Source: a phage. From it: a stretch of DNA of 64,000 nt. This document shows, in pieces, positions 9,166-19,799 of the stretch. Every line of letters starts with the position of its first letter. The stretch's first letter is position 1. Under the pieces are notes generated by a model that saw only the letters and a program-made list of their open reading frames with translations, had not been told where the DNA came from and did no database searches. The position numbers and the translations under genes are program-made. Where the stretch lies: sequence record PZ179883.1; one strand, 5' to 3'.

Positions 9166-10140
9166 TCACTTCCACTGCATTTCGCATGCCAATTGAATGA
9201 AAAGATATGCTAAATGTAATTCAGTATTAGCCGCAATTCCATGATACTGGTTATTTTCACCAACAATTTCATACATACGAATAATACTTTGCGGAGTTAC
9301 GCGTGTATAAATTTCTTCGGCAAGTTTACCTACGAACCACGAATAATCAGCTGCATATTTTGGTGCTAAAGCTCTGAGCTGTTTAACATCTTTATTTTTG
9401 AGAGATTCAAGAACATCATCAATAGCACCACGATCGTTAGTAACCAGTGATAAAATACCAGCATCCAAAACACCTTTAGATGAATAACTATCGAGCTCAC
9501 CAATAGTTTTACGAAAATCAGGAAAATTCTTTTTAACCAAAGCTGCTACAACTTTCATATCAGCTATAGCAATTCCTTCATGCTTACAGATTTCAGTCAA
9601 TCGACGAATCATCTGCTTCATCATTTCAATTTTATCTTCATCGGTCGGTTGACCGAATGTAATAACTCGGCAGCGTGACTGAAGAGGTTTAATAATACCA
9701 TCAATATTGTTAGCAGTAATAATAATACTACAGTTTGAACTATAAGCTTCCATAAAGGAACGAAGATGTCGCTGAGACTCTGCTAGCCCTGAGCGGTCAA
9801 ATTCATCAATAACAATTACTTTTTGACGACCATCAAATGAAGCTGCACTAGCAAAATTAGTCAAAGGACCGCGAACGAAATCAATTTTACAATCTGACCC
9901 ATTCACAAACATCATATCAGCATTTACATCATGACACAATGCTTTCGCTACGGTTGTTTTACCTGTTCCTGGAGAAGGAGAATGAAGAATAATATGTGGA
10001 ATTTTACCTTTACTTGTAATAGATTTAAAGGTTTCTTTATCAAAGGCGGGAAGAATACATTCATCGATAGTAGATGGACGATATTTCTGTTCAAGAATGT
10101 GTTCTTTTTCATTTACAGTAATCATAATTTCCTCATTCAA
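9166..10140 (-). CDS. 44: Clamp loader ATPase gp44
   Basis: 324 aa with Walker [11 protein letters not shown] and Walker B IVIDEFD. Confidence 0.92.
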   Translation of the reverse strand: MNEEIMITVNEKEHILEQKYRPSTIDECILPAFDKETFKSITSKGKIPHIILHSPSPGTGKTTVAKALCHDVNADMMFVNGSDCKIDFVRGPLTNFASAASFDGRQKVIVIDEFDRSGLAESQRHLRSFMEAYSSNCSIIITANNIDGIIKPLQSRCRVITFGQPTDEDKIEMMKQMIRRLTEICKHEGIAIADMKVVAALVKKNFPDFRKTIGELDSYSSKGVLDAGILSLVTNDRGAIDDVLESLKNKDVKQLRALAPKYAADYSWFVGKLAEEIYTRVTPQSIIRMYEIVGENNQYHGIAANTELHLAYLFIQLACEMQWK

Positions 10141-10157
10141 GTTTTAGTGTAAATTAT

Positions 10158-10175
10158 AAAGGGCCGAAGCCCTTT
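10158..10175 (-). terminator. C(UUCG)G tetraloop hairpin between 45 and 44
   Basis: aaagggccgaagcccttt; RNA GGGC-UUCG-GCCC. Confidence 0.6.
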
Positions 10176-10176
10176 A

Positions 10177-10863
10177 TTAAAAGTCGTGGGTAGAATCAGC
10201 TTCAAGAGCTACTACATAATTCGCATGTTCACCTTCAAATTTAGCAGCGCCTTGTTTACCTTTTGCCCAGAGAAGAAGTTTATAATTTCCTGGTTGCATT
10301 TTCATATTTGCCATATTGATAATGAAATTAAATGTATTTTCACCATCATAATCACCAAGAGTCAAAGAATATTTAACACGGGTCAAAGCAGAATCTTCTA
10401 CTTTGTTAAAACCGTTAATTACAATTTTACCTTCTTTTACTGTGATAGCAATTGTATCAATCTGCAGACCGCGAGATACACGCAACAGCTGTTGAAGGTC
10501 TTCAGCTTTAATTTCAGTAACAACAGATGCTACCGGGAATGGAATTGGTTTATTAGGAGCAACTACTGTACTCGGATCGGCTGCTGGCCAAAAAATTGTT
10601 GAACGGGCATCAGCAATTTTAATATTACCATCTTCTGACTGGGAAATTTCTGCATCATCATTAACGAGAGACAGAATACCAAGAAAACCGTTCAAATCGT
10701 AAATCGCTACATCAAAATCAATAGTGTCAGAAATATTTGCTTCCGCATAAGTTGTACCATTAACCGCGCGAGTCATAATAAATTGACCGGATTTAAGCAT
10801 AATACCAGAGTTAATAGTAGCGAAATTTTTAAGCAGAGCAGTAGTATCTTTAGACAGTTTCAT
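10177..10863 (-). CDS. 45: Sliding clamp gp45
   Basis: 228 aa, T4 gp45 length; synteny. Confidence 0.9.
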   Translation of the reverse strand: MKLSKDTTALLKNFATINSGIMLKSGQFIMTRAVNGTTYAEANISDTIDFDVAIYDLNGFLGILSLVNDDAEISQSEDGNIKIADARSTIFWPAADPSTVVAPNKPIPFPVASVVTEIKAEDLQQLLRVSRGLQIDTIAITVKEGKIVINGFNKVEDSALTRVKYSLTLGDYDGENTFNFIINMANMKMQPGNYKLLLWAKGKQGAAKFEGEHANYVVALEADSTHDF

Positions 10864-10919
10864 GTAATTTCCTTCAATTCAAAATGAGATTTAATTTTAT
10901 AACTAATTTAATAAAGCAA

Positions 10920-11309
10920 TTAACGATTAAAATCAGCAGCAATTGTTTCCGCAACAATTTGAGCAGCAACAATTAGACGTTCATCTGCATTACCGCAATA
11001 ATCATCTTCAAGGCGTTCACCGCATGAAGTCATAATAAATTTAGCACCAGCATTTAGAGATTCTGTCGTATGTTTGCGCATTAGTTCAATCCATTTATCA
11101 CTCACTTCACGATCGATAGCTTCATAATACGCATGACGAGCAGGTGCAGATTTAATTTTATTCTGAATAACTTCCATTGCGTTATCAGAAAGAGACAAAA
11201 CCCATGCTCGACGAATTTTATTTTGGTTTTGCGGATTTGATTCAGAACGCACGTGTTTTGGCTGAATATCTTTTACATCAACAGTATAATTCACAGTAAT
11301 TTTAGTCAT
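10920..11309 (-). CDS. rpbA: RNA polymerase binding protein RpbA
   Basis: 129 aa following gene 45 as in T4. Confidence 0.7.
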   Translation of the reverse strand: MTKITVNYTVDVKDIQPKHVRSESNPQNQNKIRRAWVLSLSDNAMEVIQNKIKSAPARHAYYEAIDREVSDKWIELMRKHTTESLNAGAKFIMTSCGERLEDDYCGNADERLIVAAQIVAETIAADFNR

Positions 11310-11318
11310 AATACACCT

Positions 11319-11507
11319 TTAGTCATAATAATCAGTAACAGTCCAAGCTTCATTCCTGTTGGACATTATTTTCGTATATTCTGATTTAAATGCATTCTTA
11401 AGCATAGATTCAGTAACTATATGCTCTTCATTAGAAAAATTATTTCTCAGAATATATCGTTTTATTTCAGGAATAGTTAATAAATGCTGTCCAGTTGAAT
11501 ATTCCAT
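11319..11507 (-). CDS. Hypothetical protein (T4 45.2 position)
   Basis: 62 aa ORF between rpbA and 46. Confidence 0.5.
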   Translation of the reverse strand: MEYSTGQHLLTIPEIKRYILRNNFSNEEHIVTESMLKNAFKSEYTKIMSNRNEAWTVTDYYD

Positions 11508-11562
11508 GTTTTTCCTCCATAGAGATTATACTCTAATAAATTAAAGCATAATCTCTTATAAA

Positions 11563-13245
11563 TTAAACCATTACAGTAAATCGACCAACTTTCTTCATTT
11601 GAAGATGCTGACCATATTCTTGCGGGTCATGGTCTTTATGCGAAATTATAAAAACATTAGTGTTTTTCATTGAATTTATAATATTAGCTACACCTTTAAT
11701 ACCTTCGGCATCAAATGACCCATCAAACACTTCATCAAGAATTAATGTACTAATACTAACACCAGATACGATAGAAGCAATATCACGCCAAGTAAATAAA
11801 AGAGCAATATCAATTCGTGCCTTTTCACCTTCACTAAATGAAGCATAACTAAAATCTTCACGACCACGGGATTTAATTGTCTCATTAAATTCTTCATCTA
11901 ATGTAAACACATAATCCGCTTCCATTATTTTAAGATAATGGTTAATCTGCTTATTAAATAATGGAATGTACTTTTTAATAATAGCACCTTTAATACCAGA
12001 ATCTTTGAGCATATCAGTCAAAATTCCTCGGTGGTATTTTTCCATTACTAAATTAGTTTTTGTCTTAACAATTTTATCAAGTTCTTCTTGAAGCAATGCT
12101 ATTTCATCAGCATGGTCAATAAACTCGGATGATGCTTTTTCTATAGCTGCTTTAACTTTTTTAGCTTTATCTACTGTCGTGATTAGAGATTGCTTTTTAT
12201 TGCGAATATCATTTGCCAACGACTGCTGGGTTTTAATATTATCTCGGTATTCATCAACAAGAACTTTTAAATTATCACGATGTGTTGAAAGCTGTTCAAA
12301 CGAATGCGTACATTCAGAAACTTTATCTTTAATTTTAGAAACAACTTTATCACCGGAACTTAATTGTGACAAGCAGGTTGGACATAATCCACCTTCGTGA
12401 TACATATTAATGACTTTATTATACGAGTCAATTTTTGATTTAATTAAAACTGCTTCTTGACCGATTTTATTAAATGCATCAGTCGGGTCTTCATCTAAAA
12501 CAATATTAACTAATCTTTCATTAGCTTCTTCTATTTCCGATTTTAGCGTTCTAGCTTCTTTTGCCAAATCATCATACATATTTTGAAGACGAGTAAGGTT
12601 GTCACCCGTTAATTTTTTCTGGCGTTCAACGTTATCATTATATATTTTAATTTGTTGGATAATACTATCTTTTTTAACGTCAAGCACTTGGTTTTGTGAA
12701 TTTAATTCACGTATTAGTGCTTTATTAAGCTTATCCATTTCAGCTAATGTTCCTACCTCAAGCAGGTCTTCCACAAGCTTTCTTCGCGCAGGGGTCGACA
12801 AACCCATGAAAGGGGTATACCCTGCTGTACCAAGGACAACAATCTGCTTGAAACTGGCATATGACATTCCGATAAGCTGTTCAAATTCTGCTTGGAAATC
12901 TTTACTGCTGGCAGATTCATTAAGACGTGTACCGTTAACGGTGATTTCGAAAACGTTTGGTTTTTGTCCTCTTTTGATATAGTACTTTTTCTCATCATAT
13001 TCCATCCACAGTTCAACTAAAAGTTCTTTCTTATTTGTGCTGTTTATTAATTGGCCTTTCTTTACATCACGAAATGGCTTGCCAAAAAGCCCAAATGTGA
13101 TGGCTTCTAACATAGTAGACTTACCACCGCCATTTCGTCCAGTAATAAGAGTTTTTTGAACCTTATCTAATTGAATGTCAATAGGATTTCCACCTACTGA
13201 CATTATATTTTGATACCTAACTCGGTTTAGTTTAAAATTCTTCAC
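11563..13245 (-). CDS. 46: Recombination endonuclease subunit gp46 (SbcC/Rad50-like ATPase)
   Basis: 560 aa; Walker A GRNGGGKST; long coiled-coil middle; CPTC zinc hook-like motif. Confidence 0.92.
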   Translation of the reverse strand: MKNFKLNRVRYQNIMSVGGNPIDIQLDKVQKTLITGRNGGGKSTMLEAITFGLFGKPFRDVKKGQLINSTNKKELLVELWMEYDEKKYYIKRGQKPNVFEITVNGTRLNESASSKDFQAEFEQLIGMSYASFKQIVVLGTAGYTPFMGLSTPARRKLVEDLLEVGTLAEMDKLNKALIRELNSQNQVLDVKKDSIIQQIKIYNDNVERQKKLTGDNLTRLQNMYDDLAKEARTLKSEIEEANERLVNIVLDEDPTDAFNKIGQEAVLIKSKIDSYNKVINMYHEGGLCPTCLSQLSSGDKVVSKIKDKVSECTHSFEQLSTHRDNLKVLVDEYRDNIKTQQSLANDIRNKKQSLITTVDKAKKVKAAIEKASSEFIDHADEIALLQEELDKIVKTKTNLVMEKYHRGILTDMLKDSGIKGAIIKKYIPLFNKQINHYLKIMEADYVFTLDEEFNETIKSRGREDFSYASFSEGEKARIDIALLFTWRDIASIVSGVSISTLILDEVFDGSFDAEGIKGVANIINSMKNTNVFIISHKDHDPQEYGQHLQMKKVGRFTVMV

Positions 13246-13505
13246 AAAAGATTCCTTTTAATGTATCTTTTAGACCATTCTATCATATCATCATAATCTA
13301 AAAAGTATTCATCAAATTCAGCCATGCAAACAACGCCTTGTGCTGTTTTTGATGTAATATAAATTATTCCAACATATCTAGAATCTTCTTCGGTATAATC
13401 AATGTTTGCTATGAATTCATCATTAATGTCAAATGTCGAAAACTTCACAGTATGCATCCTTAATACAAGATACGGCCATATCTCGCAATGATTTAGGTGT
13501 GTCAT
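13242..13505 (-). CDS. Hypothetical protein (46.1 position); true start probably internal
   Basis: ORF between 46 and 47; overlaps the neighbouring ORF in another frame. Confidence 0.35.
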   Translation of the reverse strand: MTHLNHCEIWPYLVLRMHTVKFSTFDINDEFIANIDYTEEDSRYVGIIYITSKTAQGVVCMAEFDEYFLDYDDMIEWSKRYIKRNLL

Positions 13506-13692
13506 TATCTAAAATGTTGAAGTTAAAAGATACAGCCCAGTCAGTGCAGACCGTAACCTTTTTAATACAATTATCTTCAACCTTTAGCGGTTCAAACCAA
13601 TATTCAATAATTTCTTTATGCCCAATATCATCTTTTACTTCGCATTCAAAATGCTGACTCATCATAACATTTTTAAATTCATCAAAAGTCAT
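13429..13692 (-). CDS. Hypothetical protein (46.2 position)
   Basis: 87 aa ORF; stop overlaps the gene 47 start. Confidence 0.4.
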   Translation of the reverse strand: MTFDEFKNVMMSQHFECEVKDDIGHKEIIEYWFEPLKVEDNCIKKVTVCTDWAVSFNFNILDNDTPKSLRDMAVSCIKDAYCEVFDI

Positions 13693-14708
13693 TGTGTTGC
13701 CTCTACATATAACTGATTTGCATATTGAATAAGTGCTTCGCGATCAGAATCAGTGATGTCTGGAATTGCATTAATGTATTCTTCCATCAACGTCTGAAGA
13801 GATTGAACTTCCACTTCTTCGTTATCATCTGATTCGACAGAGTTATCAATCTTTGACACAACTCGTAATGAATGCACAACTTTTTCTAGTTCAGATTCGA
13901 ACTTCGTTAGATTTTTGTCTACCTCAGTTACTATAACACGTACTGATAGATTTGTAAAATCTTTATAGTCAATTTTTCCCTTAAATGGATATTGAATTCG
14001 ACGATGCCAGGTAGTGTTGTTTGGAATAAATTCCATTCGTTCTGTTTCTGTATCAAACATCCAGAATCCACGAGGGTCATTCTCGTCACCTGCAGTTAGT
14101 GTCCATGGTGTCCCAATATATCTGACGTTAGCAGCCTCAGAGATAGTATGGAAGTGACCAGACCACACCTCTTTATAAGTCTTAAGGAAATCAGGTTCAA
14201 GACCGTGAGATTTCATTCCTTTATAAAAATAAAATCCATTCAGCTCCCAGTGACCGACACAAAAAGAAGCAGATGAAGTTTTGATGTGTTCAAGAATTTC
14301 ACCAGTATTTTCTTCACACATCCAAGGAATTAAATCAATCAAGCATCCGTCAAAATCTACTGTAGTAGGCTTATCATATACTTTAACATTAGGATATTTA
14401 GCCAAAAGCTCAGTAGAAGCATTTGGATGCATTACATTTTTATAGTGGAGATCGTGATTTCCTACAATAGTATGTAATGTGATTCCAACGTCATCAAGCA
14501 TTTGAACTATTTCACGAGCAAACTCCATAGTTTTATGCGTGATTGCTTTTCGCACATCAAAAATATCACCATATTGAATCCATGTAGTAATTCCATTTTT
14601 CTTAGAATATTCTATCGCTTGTTTAATTCCATCAATTTGAATACCGCGAATCCATTCATCATCAGCTTTAACGCCTAAATGCCAATCACCTAAATTTAAA
14701 ATTTTCAT
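13689..14708 (-). CDS. 47: Recombination nuclease subunit gp47 (Mre11-like phosphoesterase)
   Basis: 339 aa; calcineurin-like phosphoesterase motifs (DWH, GNHD). Confidence 0.92.
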   Translation of the reverse strand: MKILNLGDWHLGVKADDEWIRGIQIDGIKQAIEYSKKNGITTWIQYGDIFDVRKAITHKTMEFAREIVQMLDDVGITLHTIVGNHDLHYKNVMHPNASTELLAKYPNVKVYDKPTTVDFDGCLIDLIPWMCEENTGEILEHIKTSSASFCVGHWELNGFYFYKGMKSHGLEPDFLKTYKEVWSGHFHTISEAANVRYIGTPWTLTAGDENDPRGFWMFDTETERMEFIPNNTTWHRRIQYPFKGKIDYKDFTNLSVRVIVTEVDKNLTKFESELEKVVHSLRVVSKIDNSVESDDNEEVEVQSLQTLMEEYINAIPDITDSDREALIQYANQLYVEATQ

Positions 14709-14868
14709 ATATCAAGAACCGTCGTTGAAATGCAAAATAAAATTATTGAAATAAATCCATCTGGAGTACTAAAGAACCCAATCCAACACGCTCTGGTGAA
14801 CAAATAAAACGCTAGAAAAAGTATCACATATCCAAGAAATATCATTATATCAAACTCCGTATAAAGCT

Positions 14869-14887
14869 AAAGGGCCGAAGCCCTTTA
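14869..14887 (-). terminator. C(UUCG)G tetraloop hairpin at the 3-prime end of a-gt
   Basis: Same aaagggccgaagcccttt unit. Confidence 0.6.
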
Positions 14888-16087
14888 TTTTGTAATAATG
14901 TCAAACTGTTCTTTAAAGCAGAAGCTTGAATCTTGGTGCTGATACAAAAATTCATAAGCTTTTTCACGTTCGCGGTCATAAAGAGCTCGGTCAGATGACA
15001 GTTCTTTAATACGTTCAAATGTTGATTCCATGTCATTTTCATCAAACCAAACGATACCGCTATCATGAGAAATTAATGGAGTATTATCAACACGGAATTT
15101 TAAATTTTCGCCCGTAGATTTCCAAAATACCGGAATTGTTCCACATGCACCAAGCTCGAGATGAGTGTATTCTAAAGAACGCTGTAGATATTTTTTGTCC
15201 AACTTACTCAGCTGATAACCAAATCCGGATTTACTCATGCGTTCAAGCATTTCGCTATTTACATAACGGTCAAGAATTTGCGTTGGCAAATTAGGAGCAA
15301 TTTTAATTTGGTCTACTTGATGAAGACGATAATACTCGTATGGAATTCCTTTTTCTTTAATAGGAATGAACGCTGGAGAACGTTCCAGACCTTCCATAAT
15401 AGTACTTAGTCCTGCAGGTTTAAGATGTTTTTCATGAAAATCAAACATCTGATAAAAGCCTTTCCATGTAGTCGTACGACCAATCCAACGGTTGATATTC
15501 ATGTTAATTTCAGAAACATCTTTCCAGTAGGTTGACCGAACCTTCGCAATATCCATAGGAGGCTGAAAGTTATATACGGTCGGCGCTTCTTCAATATCAT
15601 CAAACAGAGAAACTGTTTCTGGATACCATTCTTTCATCAAAACTTTATTAAAGTCACCATTATCAGAATGGCTAAAAATAACATCAGCTCGACGAACAGT
15701 TTCTTCTAATCCCAAATTTCGGCGCAAAGAAAGAGAAGAATGGTCATGTTGATAAACTACAACACGAACCGAAGGTTTAATGTTATCAATAATTTTTTTA
15801 TAGTTATTAATAGTGTCTTCTTCAACCGAAGTAGCAGGAACTGAATTGATAATTAGAATATCACAATCATTTACCAGCTTAAGTGTTTTATCGTATTCTT
15901 TTGCCAATAAAACCGGAATTGAAAATGATTTATAATCATGCGCACAATTACGAGTAAATGATTTATCTTTAGCATAAACCAAAGTTACTTCATGACCATT
16001 TTTAATAAACCAATCACGCTGCTCAAGAGAAAATTTAGTTACACCGCAACCTTCAAGACCTCGAGCCATAAAAATACATACTTTCAT
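14885..16087 (-). CDS. agt: HMC alpha-glucosyltransferase
   Basis: 400 aa beginning M.VCIFMARGLEGCGVTKFSLEQRDWFIKNGHEVTLVYAKDKSF, near-identical to T4 a-gt as I recall it. Confidence 0.95.
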   Translation of the reverse strand: MKVCIFMARGLEGCGVTKFSLEQRDWFIKNGHEVTLVYAKDKSFTRNCAHDYKSFSIPVLLAKEYDKTLKLVNDCDILIINSVPATSVEEDTINNYKKIIDNIKPSVRVVVYQHDHSSLSLRRNLGLEETVRRADVIFSHSDNGDFNKVLMKEWYPETVSLFDDIEEAPTVYNFQPPMDIAKVRSTYWKDVSEINMNINRWIGRTTTWKGFYQMFDFHEKHLKPAGLSTIMEGLERSPAFIPIKEKGIPYEYYRLHQVDQIKIAPNLPTQILDRYVNSEMLERMSKSGFGYQLSKLDKKYLQRSLEYTHLELGACGTIPVFWKSTGENLKFRVDNTPLISHDSGIVWFDENDMESTFERIKELSSDRALYDREREKAYEFLYQHQDSSFCFKEQFDIITK

Positions 16088-16140
16088 TTAATATCCTCTT
16101 TGTTTTGGTTTATTTTACCAAAAATTTATAAAGCAATATA

Positions 16141-16154
16141 GGAGCCGAAGCTCC
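16141..16154 (-). terminator. UUCG tetraloop hairpin upstream of a-gt
   Basis: ggagccgaagctcc. Confidence 0.5.
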
Positions 16155-16330
16155 TATCCACATAATACGCCATACAGAGGCTCGTTAGAACTTTTAAATT
16201 TTATGCGCTTATATTTTATAGTTCCTTCTGCTTTAGCTTTATCATGAGACTCTTTAAAGCGTCTCATCATTTCCTCTTTAGAGGAACGAATTTTATTATA
16301 ATCTATTTCAGAAGTCTGGGTGTTCATCTT

Positions 16331-16537
16331 TCATAGTTGCCACCATTTTTTGACTTGATAGGAATCAACCCACACTTTCATATTAGGGTCTGCTCTTACA
16401 ATAGGAGGATTAACTTCTTTAATTGAACTATCATGGTATTCTTTTTCAGAAATTTTCACACAAAGATGACCATTTAAAGATTCAGTAAATCCTGCATTAA
16501 TTTTAAGACGCTTGAATTTTACGTGTGTAAGCATCAA
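16331..16537 (-). CDS. Hypothetical small protein
   Basis: 68 aa ORF between a-gt and 55. Confidence 0.35.
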   Translation of the reverse strand: MMLTHVKFKRLKINAGFTESLNGHLCVKISEKEYHDSSIKEVNPPIVRADPNMKVWVDSYQVKKWWQL

Positions 16538-16820
16538 TCATATCCTCAATCTGCGATCTAGTAGTCTTCCAAAGAATACTGATGAGTTCATCGTTATATG
16601 GCTGTTTCAGAATATCCCGACTTTTCTTGATAGCATATTCGTATTGAGCAAAATTATTGTTTTCAGCTGCGATCTGAGCGTGCTTATAAAGACGATTCAG
16701 TTCGCGTTTGTTTTTAGACAATAACTTATTTGCTTTTCTTTCTGCTTCAAGACGGTTCTTTTCTTCAATAGAAGAAATAAGCTTTTCCACTTCATCATTA
16801 ATTTCGGGTTTATCAGTCAT
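16503..16820 (-). CDS. Hypothetical coiled-coil protein
   Basis: 105 aa, charged, helical. Confidence 0.4.
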   Translation of the reverse strand: MTDKPEINDEVEKLISSIEEKNRLEAERKANKLLSKNKRELNRLYKHAQIAAENNNFAQYEYAIKKSRDILKQPYNDELISILWKTTRSQIEDMIDAYTRKIQAS

Positions 16821-16821
16821 A

Positions 16822-17040
16822 TTATTTCTCTAATATAAAATAAAAATCATCATCTGTTAAATGATACCGATAGTTTAATTCTACACCATTAGATTTAAAA
16901 GCGGTATCATACGGATTTTCTGGGTCAATATCAATGTCAAGAGCTAAAACTTCCCTGAGATACATTTTAAGTAAATAGGGAATAGCTTCAACTTCAGGTA
17001 TTTCTTCCAAGAATCCGGAGAGGTTAATCGTTAGCCTCAT
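16822..17040 (-). CDS. Hypothetical small acidic protein
   Basis: 72 aa ORF immediately upstream of gene 55. Confidence 0.4.
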
Positions 17041-17587
17041 ATAAAAAATCCAAACTAGGAGAATCGTCTACAACACTTTTCTTTTCAGCCCCCGGTGTTC
17101 TATAGGTTGATTCTTCGTAATGCGTCATTTTATCGTAGATGTCTTGAATAAAAGTTTCATCTACTAACGCAACCATATCGTCGTCACGACTGTCATAGAC
17201 ATTGTGAACGAAGTAACTATATTTCTTTGCAACTTCCTTACGTTCTTTTTTAATACGTTGGACGAATGCATTAAAACAAGCTTGAGTTATATATGCATGC
17301 GGGTTTTTATATTTCGTTTCATCAAAATTATGAAGCCCCTTAATAGAAGCTTCTATACCATCTGCAATCATTTCTTGTTTCCAGGATTGGGTGTATCCTG
17401 AAAAGTTGAAACGTTTAGATAAGCCTTCTGCAATAAGCATAATGGCTAATCCGATGGTATCATTCTGACGAACTACTTTATTTGGGTCTTTATTATTTGC
17501 TAATTCTGTTTTCCAATCAATAATAGCTTGTAAAAGCTCTTTATTGTTTACGTAATTATATTTAGGCTTAGTTTCTGACATTTTCAC
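17024..17587 (-). CDS. 55: Late sigma factor gp55
   Basis: 187 aa, T4 gp55 length and position. Confidence 0.9.
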
Positions 17588-17659
17588 CTCTTAGCTCAAT
17601 TCATAGATCTATTATATCATAATATTTGAAGATCTATCTTAAAGCATAGAGGATATCAG

Positions 17660-17929
17660 TTATCTAAGTAAACAGTATGCTTGGAACACTTTCTCCATCA
17701 TCTTTTTAAATTCATGAATATCTATGTAATGACTAGTTAAATCAGCATGATATAAAAAGTCTAAAAACTTTTCATGTGTGCTAACATATTCACTTTCATT
17801 TAATTCAGAAACATGGCTTTCCCAATATCCAACACCAGTCTTATTTGGGAAAAATGAAATTTTCATATATTGGTCAACATAGAAAATTCCATAATTTTCA
17901 ATAGTAATAGAAATATTAATAAATTTCAT
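17660..17929 (-). CDS. Hypothetical protein (55.x region)
   Basis: 89 aa ORF. Confidence 0.4.
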   Translation of the reverse strand: MKFINISITIENYGIFYVDQYMKISFFPNKTGVGYWESHVSELNESEYVSTHEKFLDFLYHADLTSHYIDIHEFKKMMEKVFQAYCLLR

Positions 17930-18141
17930 ACATTCATCAACTTAGCCGCTTCAAGAGCTGCATCTAGTGAATCAAATTGGTCAACGTATTCAATCAATTC
18001 GCCATAATTAGCGTATAACCACCATTGGCTAAATTCATACTCAAGGATGAATCCATTTCCTTCAATTTGAGTTAAACCAATGCCATTTGTATTTACTTCA
18101 TATCCAGCAAGACGCAAATCGTTAATAAGAGCTTCGTTCAT
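17926..18141 (-). CDS. Hypothetical acidic protein
   Basis: 71 aa ORF, 4 nt overlap with downstream ORF. Confidence 0.4.
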   Translation of the reverse strand: MNEALINDLRLAGYEVNTNGIGLTQIEGNGFILEYEFSQWWLYANYGELIEYVDQFDSLDAALEAAKLMNV

Positions 18142-18143
18142 AA

Positions 18144-18470
18144 TTATACCTTAGTAATTTTCAGGTCTGCAAATTTTTTCTTACGTTGATTTTTCATGCG
18201 ACGAATAGTTTTATCGGAAATTTCATGCTTTTGATAAGCTTTAGATTCTACACCAAAAGCTTTAACATCAAATTCTGACAAGATATATTGAACCAACAAT
18301 TCACGGACAGTATTGCGTCCAATCTTCTGATCATTCTGTTTCATCGTCTGATGAAGCTCTTTTTCCCATTTATCCAAAATTTGAGGAGTTACAATATCGC
18401 CTTTTTCTAGCAAAGAAACTACTTTATCATATGCGTAAGAATTGATGGCGTTTTTAATTTGAATAGTCAT
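18144..18470 (-). CDS. Hypothetical basic protein
   Basis: 108 aa ORF. Confidence 0.4.
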   Translation of the reverse strand: MTIQIKNAINSYAYDKVVSLLEKGDIVTPQILDKWEKELHQTMKQNDQKIGRNTVRELLVQYILSEFDVKAFGVESKAYQKHEISDKTIRRMKNQRKKKFADLKITKV

Positions 18471-18507
18471 ACATTATCCTCAATTACGTTAAAATTTTAT
18501 TATCCAA

Positions 18508-18524
18508 AAAGGGCCGAAGCCCTT
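18508..18524 (-). terminator. C(UUCG)G tetraloop hairpin
   Basis: aaagggccgaagccctt. Confidence 0.55.
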
Positions 18525-18723
18525 AGCTAAACTTTTTGGCACCCTTCCAGCCTTCGTACATCATTGCGACTGACAATGACAAAGCTCCTTCACATGCTGC
18601 ATACTTATTATTCCAGAACCAATTTAGAAAAACTTCATCCTCAATACCATTGTGTTTCATGTTCTGGAAAAATTTGGCGCGTTCTTCAGCAATTCGCTGC
18701 GATAATTTAGATTCAGGATTCAT
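18523..18723 (-). CDS. Hypothetical protein
   Basis: 66 aa ORF downstream of a UUCG hairpin. Confidence 0.35.
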   Translation of the reverse strand: MNPESKLSQRIAEERAKFFQNMKHNGIEDEVFLNWFWNNKYAACEGALSLSVAMMYEGWKGAKKFS

Positions 18724-18939
18724 TTAAATTTCCCAATTACCATTTTCATCAATAAATTTAATCCAGTCATTTACTGACCACTTAGTTGTATCGCCTTTTG
18801 GAGTAGCATTTAAAGTATATAGCCCTTGCTTAAAAAGCATTCGTTTGATATTCATATTTTCCTCAGCTGTAACGATAGCACTCGTTTGATTTACGTTTAG
18901 CAACTCGTTGAGAAATATTATAATCAAAATCATCATCAA
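18724..18939 (-). CDS. Hypothetical protein
   Basis: 71 aa ORF. Confidence 0.35.
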   Translation of the reverse strand: MMMILIIIFLNELLNVNQTSAIVTAEENMNIKRMLFKQGLYTLNATPKGDTTKWSVNDWIKFIDENGNWEI

Positions 18940-19156
18940 TGTAAACTGATTTTTTCAACTTTCTTACTTCACTACGCAATTGACGATTTAGCTCATCTTT
19001 AACTTCTGAATCAATGCCTTTCATTCTACGCCATTTATCTGAGCGAAAAATGTTTTCAACCATATCTTTATGACTTACACCATCAGGAGCTTTACGCTTT
19101 CCGAAATAGTCATAATCACGAACTTTCAAGTCTTTACGACGATACGTTTTACCCAT
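18863..19156 (-). CDS. Hypothetical basic protein (start adjusted to internal Met)
   Basis: ORF-track ORF 18863..19201; internal MGKTYRRKDLK start avoids a long overlap. Confidence 0.35.
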   Translation of the reverse strand: MGKTYRRKDLKVRDYDYFGKRKAPDGVSHKDMVENIFRSDKWRRMKGIDSEVKDELNRQLRSEVRKLKKSVYIDDDFDYNISQRVAKRKSNECYRYS

Positions 19157-19331
19157 GGAGTTTAATTTCCTTAGCAACTGAACTAAATACAGCACGATCA
19201 CAAATCATCTGTTTATGTAACTTGAGTATAAGATAATAAACTTCAAAACCGTTTACATAAGTAACACGAACAACATTACCATTAATAAAATAATATTGTC
19301 CCTTTTTAATCTCTTTATCAACCACAACCAT
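19149..19331 (-). CDS. Hypothetical small protein, first gene after an early promoter
   Basis: 60 aa ORF directly downstream of a TTTACA-N17-TATTAT promoter. Confidence 0.4.
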   Translation of the reverse strand: MVVVDKEIKKGQYYFINGNVVRVTYVNGFEVYYLILKLHKQMICDRAVFSSVAKEIKLHG

Positions 19332-19350
19332 ATCAAATCCTCAAAGGCAA

Positions 19351-19405
19351 TTCATATGTTAATAATACCACAGTTTGAACTTGTTGTAAACAACTTTGTG
19401 AAAAT
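19351..19405 (-). promoter_or_regulatory. T4-type early promoter
   Basis: TTTACA (19378-19383) N17 TATTAT (19355-19360), UP element TTTTCACAAAG. Confidence 0.6.
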
Positions 19406-19488
19406 TATTTTAGGGAATGATAAGAAGTGAATGATAGTTAGAATGGTAATATACAGAATGTGAGAAAGAAAGGCCCAGAGGGCCCATC

Positions 19489-19797
19489 TTAGTCTTCTAT
19501 GATATCTCTATCATATCCAAGTGAAATGAGAGTTTCTTTGAAATGTTTAATGTTCTTTTGTCTAGAATCATTAATGAAAATGACTGGATAACGAATGTTA
19601 AGAGATGTGAATCCAGCGCGTTTAGCAAGAGATACAATCAGTGGACGATCATACTCAATCTTACCGTTATTTGTAAGAACTTTATAGAAAGTAAAAGGAG
19701 CATTGAGCTCCTTTAGAAGTTTTGTAACTGATTGACATCCAGGACAACGACCTACTTCATCTGGAATTCCATAGACTTCAATCTTATTTTGTTTCAC
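19489..19797 (-). CDS. nrdH: Glutaredoxin-like protein NrdH
   Basis: 102 aa with CPGC redox motif; adjacent to nrdG and nrdD. Confidence 0.85.
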   Translation of the reverse strand: MKQNKIEVYGIPDEVGRCPGCQSVTKLLKELNAPFTFYKVLTNNGKIEYDRPLIVSLAKRAGFTSLNIRYPVIFINDSRQKNIKHFKETLISLGYDRDIIED

Positions 19798-19799
19798 AA

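Noticed and set aside
14845-15066. 73 aa minus-strand ORF overlapping the 3-prime end of a-gt
   Set aside because: It lies in another frame within the a-gt coding region; a-gt is confidently assigned.
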